From the IMG/VR virus record IMGVR_UViG_3300045988_007631: DNA of 36,893 nt; one strand, written 5' to 3'. Position numbers and translations under genes: made by a program. Below are positions 32,869-36,893 of this stretch, piece after piece. Each line of letters opens with the position of its first letter. Within the stretch, counting starts at the first letter, position 1. This DNA comes from a virus. The notes beneath the pieces were generated by a model, which made no database searches, was not told the DNA's origin, and was given only the letters and a program-made list of their open reading frames with translations.

Positions 32869-33575
32869 GTATCAAGATCGGACAGGCCAGCCTCGGCGAG
32901 ACGGGCGGCCGGAACCAGCAGCCCGGCAACCAGAACGGGCGGGAGCTGAATATCTCCAACTGGTACAACGGGCGTTGGCTCGGCGTCCTGCGCTACAAGA
33001 GCCGCAAAAAGGCCGAGCGGGCCGCGCAGACGTGCGAGGCGGCCATTAAAAACCGGAACATCGGTTACGATATGAGCGACCGGAACACGGCGTATGAGGC
33101 CGCCAGAGCCGTCGGATGGGACGTGAGCAAGATCACAAAGCCAGTGGAGACGGACTGCTCCGCGCTCATGATGCTCTGCGCCGTGGCCGCAGGCTGCGAG
33201 GCCGTCGCCGCGCTCTACAAAAAGCAGGGGAATTCCTGCACCACCTACTGTATGCTGCACGATTGGCCTGCGACGGGAGACTTCAAGCTGCTGACCGGCA
33301 GCAAGTATCTGACGACGGACGCGAATCTCCTGCGCGGCGACGTGCTGGTAAGCTCGGGCCATACCGTGATGGCCCTCGAAGATGGAAAAAATGCAGAGGA
33401 GGAGACTGAGATGGTAGAAAAGAGCAAAATCATCATGGACGGCAAGGAAGTCGCCGTTGAGCGTATCCTGAAAAACGGTACGAATTACATCAAAGTGCGC
33501 GATTTGGCTGCTGCGCTGGATCTCGAAGTGAGCAGCAAGGGCAATATCGCTGTGCTGAATCACAAGGAAAAGTAA
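32865..33575 (+). CDS. Endolysin: Cys/His papain-like peptidoglycan hydrolase plus C-terminal wall-binding-like domain
   Basis: 236 aa. ETDCSALMM (Cys) and SSGHTVMAL (His). C-terminal MDGKEVAVERILKNGTNYIKVRDLAAALDLEV resembles copper-amine-oxidase-N-type domains. Confidence 0.7.
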   Translation: MSIKIGQASLGETGGRNQQPGNQNGRELNISNWYNGRWLGVLRYKSRKKAERAAQTCEAAIKNRNIGYDMSDRNTAYEAARAVGWDVSKITKPVETDCSALMMLCAVAAGCEAVAALYKKQGNSCTTYCMLHDWPATGDFKLLTGSKYLTTDANLLRGDVLVSSGHTVMALEDGKNAEEETEMVEKSKIIMDGKEVAVERILKNGTNYIKVRDLAAALDLEVSSKGNIAVLNHKEK

Positions 33576-33613
33576 GCCCTGCCCGACGGCGGGCCGAAGG
33601 GAGTGACGAAAGC

Positions 33614-33847
33614 ATAACTGCGCGGCTGGCTCTGCCGAAGGAGCTGGAACACCTCACGCGCAGCGACTGGGAGCGCGTCACTGACGAGGGACTTTTGGAC
33701 GTGATCGATCAGCAGATCGTGAGACTTTATATCGTGCGCAGGCTCCCGCAGATGGACGCGGCCGGTGAAATCGGCATCGACCGCAAGACCATCTCCCGCC
33801 GCCTGCCGCACATCTACAACACCGCCCGCCGTCTGACAGGAGCATAA
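33614..33847 (+). pseudogene. Start-less sigma-70 region-4-like HTH reading frame (truncated gene, non-canonical start, or 48-aa product from GTG 33701)
   Basis: Frame open 33461-33847 with no ATG near its 5-prime end. Encodes ..LPKELEHLTRSDWERVTDEGLLDVIDQQIVRLYIVRRLPQMDAAGEIGIDRKTISRRLPHIYNTARRLTGA. GAGGGA lies 9 nt before GTG 33701. Confidence 0.35.
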
Positions 33848-33852
33848 CGCAA

Positions 33853-33889
33853 AGCACCCGTGGGATTCGTCCCACGGGTGCTTTTGTAT
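33853..33889. terminator. Strong bidirectional terminator between convergent units
   Basis: AGCACCCGTGGGA (33853-33865) pairs with TCCCACGGGTGCT (33870-33882), a 13-bp stem with loop TTCG, followed by TTTGTAT. On the minus strand it is followed by TTTGCGTT. Confidence 0.8.
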
Positions 33890-33900
33890 CAGGCCCGCAG

Positions 33901-34440
33901 TTATCCTGCGGGCTTATTTTGTTGCATGAGCGCGTCCCAGCGGGACCAGAGTTCGCGGTTGCAAGGTTCGCCGTGCAGCGAATTGAGAATATCGGCGACT
34001 TCTGCCGGGCTTTGATAGTACAGGACGCACGTTTCGCCGGTCTGCGTGCGCCGAAATTGCAGCTTTTTCGGCCCTGCCGGAAAATGCGAGGATACTTGCG
34101 TTAAAAGCTCAGGCTGCCCGTAAACCCGCAACCGTGGTGTCCTGATGGGATTGCCACGTACCTTGTGCGGCCAGAGATCAAGGCAAGCTTGCAGCTCCAC
34201 CACACCGCGGCAAAATCCCTGCCAATCCGTCACGTCGGCGAGGGACGGGAGAAGATGCACCTTCGCGGATTTCACAACCCAAAAGGGTTTCTTTCCGTCT
34301 GCACGGTGCTGGAGGTATGGCGCGGTTGGGAAAAGCTCGGCAACCGCGTCGATGTACCACCGATCAACACAGCGCACAAGGAACTTGCCGCAGGTATCAA
34401 CGCCGAGCAGCATGAGGATCGCTTGCTGATAGCCAGTCAT
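33901..34440 (-). CDS. Hypothetical 179-aa protein, last gene of the leftward accessory operon
   Basis: ATG 34440 overlaps the upstream stop (ATGA). The longer 353-aa track ORF is an Arg-rich alternative frame over the HTH gene. Weak, non-catalytic resemblance to a double LAGLIDADG fold (MLLGVDTCG, FCRGVVELQA); speculative. Confidence 0.6.
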   Translation of the reverse strand: MTGYQQAILMLLGVDTCGKFLVRCVDRWYIDAVAELFPTAPYLQHRADGKKPFWVVKSAKVHLLPSLADVTDWQGFCRGVVELQACLDLWPHKVRGNPIRTPRLRVYGQPELLTQVSSHFPAGPKKLQFRRTQTGETCVLYYQSPAEVADILNSLHGEPCNRELWSRWDALMQQNKPAG

Positions 34441-34790
34441 TTTCGATACCTCTGATTGCTCAAGGTTAAAATCTCGGCTGCCATTGTGGCCACATACGGC
34501 GGGCAGGCGCGGTCGCCGAGGCACCAGTGCTGCACGGTACGCAGAGGAACGTTGAAATACTGCGCAAAGCCAGTCTGCGTTAGTCCGTATTTCTCGATTA
34601 GCTCCGGGATCGTGCAGTGCGCGCCGTCCCAGATCCCGCCGAGCAGCGCAATCCGCTCTGCCGGAACATCTGCGTCTTCGGCATCGCCCCAGACGCTGGA
34701 CAGTGCCATATCGGAGATATAGGCGTCGCGGTCGGTGTATGCGCCTGTTTCGGCGTAGAGAGCAGCGCGGATTGCGGGTGTGAGTTTCAT
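34437..34790 (-). CDS. HTH DNA-binding protein (XRE-like C-terminal HTH)
   Basis: 117 aa, GAGGAGGA before ATG 34790. YGLTQTGFAQYFNVPLRTVQHWCLGDRACPPYV. High third-position GC consistent with coding. Confidence 0.75.
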   Translation of the reverse strand: MKLTPAIRAALYAETGAYTDRDAYISDMALSSVWGDAEDADVPAERIALLGGIWDGAHCTIPELIEKYGLTQTGFAQYFNVPLRTVQHWCLGDRACPPYVATMAAEILTLSNQRYRK

Positions 34791-34883
34791 GTGGGTTCCT
34801 CCTCATTTTTGCAATTTTCGGCGTCATCGCCTGCTGGTAGCCGTTCATTCCCGCGTCCTCCTTGCTTGCGTTGGCCGCAATCA

Positions 34884-35087
34884 TCAGCAGATGCGGATGA
34901 AACCATCGCTGCAAGCCTTGAGCGTGTAGCTGGTGCTGTCGTCGTGCGCGTCGGCGATCCACTCTTCTTCATCATCGTCGTACCGGATACTGTCGTAATC
35001 GACGACCAGATCGGCCATCTCCTCTGCATTGTCTGCCAGCCAGTCGCGGATCATGGTGTCCATCATATCCCTGTTCATTTCGTACAT
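34884..35087 (-). CDS. Very acidic 67-aa protein (candidate DNA mimic / anti-defence protein)
   Basis: GGGAGGT before ATG 35087. 14 Asp + 6 Glu versus 5 Lys/Arg. First gene after a consensus promoter. Confidence 0.6.
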   Translation of the reverse strand: MYEMNRDMMDTMIRDWLADNAEEMADLVVDYDSIRYDDDEEEWIADAHDDSTSYTLKACSDGFIRIC

Positions 35088-35132
35088 TTTTGTTACCTCC
35101 CGGCTTATCGCCTTGTTTTATCTTATGGTCTT

Positions 35133-35161
35133 ATTATACGCCCATTGGGCGCAAAAGTCAA
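35133..35161 (-). promoter_or_regulatory. Near-consensus sigma-70 promoter with palindromic operator in its spacer
   Basis: On minus: TTGACT (plus 35156-35161), 17-nt spacer, TATAAT (plus 35133-35138). The spacer holds the perfect palindrome CGCCCA-T-TGGGCG (35139-35151). Confidence 0.7.
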
Positions 35162-35293
35162 GAGGAAAATGCAAAAAAATATAAAAAAATTGGTACACAA
35201 ATGCCCCATAAATGTCCCCCAGAAAAAGCGCGAAGCCGGTAGACTGAGGATAGGAGCTGGCCAGCTTACTTATTTTTACCGGAGGTATTTTTT

Positions 35294-35929
35294 ATGGAAT
35301 ACGCAAGCAAAGGACTCGCGGGGACTGCGCTGGGCTTTGGCATCGGCGGCGCCGCGCTGGGTCTGGCAAACGGCGGGCTCGGAAATCTGCTGGGCGGCCT
35401 CAACCAGAACAACAAGTCGGCAGCCGCTGACATCGCTGCGGCGGTCACGCCTGCCATGACGGTCGCCGCCATGCTCGCCGCACGGCAGCAGGAGCCGACG
35501 TGCAGTGAGAACATGCCGGTCACGCGCTACGATCTTGACCGGGAACAGAAGCTGGCCGCGAAGGACAGCGAGATCGCGCTGCTCAAGGCCAACACGTACA
35601 ACGACGGCAAGATGCTGGAGGTGTACAGTTATATCGACAGGCAGCTCAAGGACGTCCATGAGGCGCTGTGCAAGCAGGCCGTCCACAACCAGCGCACAGA
35701 GGACAGCTTCACGCTGGTCAAGCAGGACGTCGAGTCTGTCCGCAAGGAAGCCCTTGGCGCGGTCAAGATGGAGGCCGAGCGCCGCTGCTGCGGCGACAAC
35801 GCCCTGAAGACCTATGTCAACGCAACCTTTTATCCCAAGCAGGTCGCAGATGTCACCACCGGCACCGCGACCACGGCGCAGACGCTCTACGATCCGCTCC
35901 CGAAGTGCTGCGGCTGCTGCAACAACTAA
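35294..35929 (+). CDS. Glycine-zipper / coiled-coil protein with C-terminal CCGCC tail, function unknown
   Basis: 211 aa, GGAGG 8 nt upstream. GLAGTALGFGIGGAALGLANGGLGNLLGGL, central heptad-like region, RRCCGDN and PKCCGCCNN. Confidence 0.7.
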   Translation: MEYASKGLAGTALGFGIGGAALGLANGGLGNLLGGLNQNNKSAAADIAAAVTPAMTVAAMLAARQQEPTCSENMPVTRYDLDREQKLAAKDSEIALLKANTYNDGKMLEVYSYIDRQLKDVHEALCKQAVHNQRTEDSFTLVKQDVESVRKEALGAVKMEAERRCCGDNALKTYVNATFYPKQVADVTTGTATTAQTLYDPLPKCCGCCNN

Positions 35930-35935
35930 GCCAAA

Positions 35936-35955
35936 GGGGCGGCAATAGCCGCCCC
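35936..35955 (+). other. GC hairpin with AATA loop just upstream of an RBS
   Basis: GGGGCGGC-AATA-GCCGCCCC. No U-tract. Ends 7 nt before AAGGAGG. Confidence 0.7.
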
Positions 35956-35978
35956 ATCCTTAAAGGAGGAAATCTGCA

Positions 35979-36317
35979 ATGACAGTGACGATAGATCAGG
36001 CCATGCGCGGAGCAATGCGCTACGCGGACAATGAGGTCATTCCGCACCTGCCGGGCGGCAAGGGCATCGGGGCCGGGATCATGCTGGCGCTCATCATGGA
36101 GGGCAGCCGCGAAAAGATCCTTGCGCTGCGCGAGAATCCGGCGGTCAAAATGATGCAGATATTCGACGACACCGGAAGCATCGACCTCGACAAGCTCTAT
36201 AACGCGGCGCGTCCGCGCTTTGAGAACAAGCTGACCGTATCCGTCCCGCTGCTGGGCGATATGCGGTTTGACCAAAATGACGTCGATAAACTCTACCGGT
36301 ATATCCAGGAGGCATGA
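35979..36317 (+). CDS. Hypothetical protein
   Basis: 112 aa. Gly-rich hydrophobic stretch GGKGIGAGIMLALIMEG. AAAGGAGGA upstream. Confidence 0.65.
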   Translation: MTVTIDQAMRGAMRYADNEVIPHLPGGKGIGAGIMLALIMEGSREKILALRENPAVKMMQIFDDTGSIDLDKLYNAARPRFENKLTVSVPLLGDMRFDQNDVDKLYRYIQEA

Positions 36318-36321
36318 CACG

Positions 36322-36789
36322 ATGAAAGAATATGTCGAAAAACTTTACACGAAGCTGCACGAGGCCATGGAGAAGCCTGTGACGCTCGGCAGCGCGGAGG
36401 AAGTCGGCCTGTACGCGAAGACGATCCGCAGGCTGGAAAAGCTGGACTGTCGCGAAGACGAACCGGATGCGGCAGAGTTTGACCGAGAGACGGCCATACA
36501 CTGGGCCGAACACATGCAGAACGCCGACGGCTCGACCGGCCCGCACTGGACGATGGAACAGACAACGGCCGTGGCAGAGAGCATGGGCATTCAGGCGCCG
36601 GTGGTCCCGCGCTGGGCGTGGGGTGTGACCATGAACATGATGTACTCGGACTACTACCCGGTCGCTGTAGAATTCGGCCTCAACCGCCCGGAATTCTACG
36701 CCGCCCTGGCAAAGGCGTTTTTGCTCGATAAAGACGGCCCCGGCCCGGAGCGGAAGCTGATGGAATACTATGAGCATATTGCGAAATAA
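36322..36789 (+). CDS. Hypothetical protein, last gene before attP
   Basis: 155 aa from ATG 36322 (CAGGAGG upstream). ..NADGSTGPHWTMEQT..MNMMYSDYY.. The last 15 nt lie inside the terminal repeat. Confidence 0.65.
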   Translation: MKEYVEKLYTKLHEAMEKPVTLGSAEEVGLYAKTIRRLEKLDCREDEPDAAEFDRETAIHWAEHMQNADGSTGPHWTMEQTTAVAESMGIQAPVVPRWAWGVTMNMMYSDYYPVAVEFGLNRPEFYAALAKAFLLDKDGPGPERKLMEYYEHIAK

Positions 36790-36893
36790 AAATGCGAGAA
36801 TGAGGATTGAACACAATTTAAACACAGAAATCAAATTTAACATTGAAATTCAGTGTGTTTAAAAGGGTTCGAATCCCTCCCACTCCGCCAAAA
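36775..36893 (+). repeat. Terminal direct repeat, copy 2 (identical to 1-119)
   Basis: Same 119 nt as the window start. Contains the CDS end, an AT-rich arm and the tRNA 3-prime fragment. Confidence 0.9.
36865..36890 (+). other. Second appearance of the tRNA 3-prime fragment (inside terminal repeat copy 2)
   Basis: Identical to 91-116 because it lies within the 119-nt repeat. Confidence 0.75.

Larger units (their letters stand above)
1..36893. mobile_element. Complete temperate tailed-phage genome (siphovirus-type), captured with overlapping ends
   Basis: Ordered modules: attP/integrase, repressor switch, early DNA-metabolism genes, HNH-TerS-TerL, portal, protease, HK97-like capsid, connectors, major tail, G/GT chaperone, tape measure, distal tail and fibre genes, holins-endolysin, accessory genes. 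No sheath gene. Ends identical over 119 nt, giving a 36,774-nt unit. Confidence 0.85.

Noticed and set aside
33901-34962. Full 353-aa minus-strand ORF as a single gene
   Set aside because: Its N-terminal 170 aa are Arg-rich and overlap, in another frame, a convincing HTH gene with its own strong RBS. I trimmed it to ATG 34440, which is ATGA-coupled to the HTH stop.

Overview
The window reads as one complete temperate tailed-phage genome of siphovirus type (no sheath gene), in a high-GC, Clostridia-like coding style. Nt 1-119 are identical to nt 36775-36893, and the repeat starts inside the last codons of a phage gene. I therefore read it as a closed or terminally redundant genome with a 36,774-nt unit, not a prophage with host flanks. 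Circular order: attP (26-nt tRNA 3-prime fragment plus its own terminator), tyrosine integrase (-), three membrane-associated lysogeny-side genes (-), a cI-like repressor (-) with a divergent consensus-promoter switch. About 35 tightly coupled small early genes (+) follow, including a tandem paralog array, a PP-loop/PAPS-reductase-like plus radical-SAM pair, a DUF1064-type nuclease, a MazG-like protein, an NPPF methyltransferase and an HUH Rep-like protein. The late region has a regulator, HNH, TerS, TerL, portal, ClpP-like protease, HK97-like capsid, connectors, major tail protein, a G/GT chaperone with a -1 frameshift absent from the ORF track, tape measure, Dit-like and Tal-like proteins, a fibre cluster, holins and an endolysin. 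An accessory region spans 33.6-36.8 kb. Best candidates for something undescribed: (1) a self-contained leftward operon (consensus promoter with a palindromic operator, very acidic 67-aa protein, HTH protein, 179-aa protein, terminator) that resembles an anti-defence acr/aca-type locus; (2) the adjacent rightward three-gene cluster (glycine-zipper, coiled-coil, CCGCC-tail protein plus two unknowns); (3) the coupled PP-loop/radical-SAM pair as a possible nucleic-acid modification module; (4) a 370-nt hairpin-rich non-coding island in an otherwise gap-free early region. All family calls come from motifs read by eye. No database search, fold prediction or RNA folding was run, and several start codons were re-assigned from RBS context.
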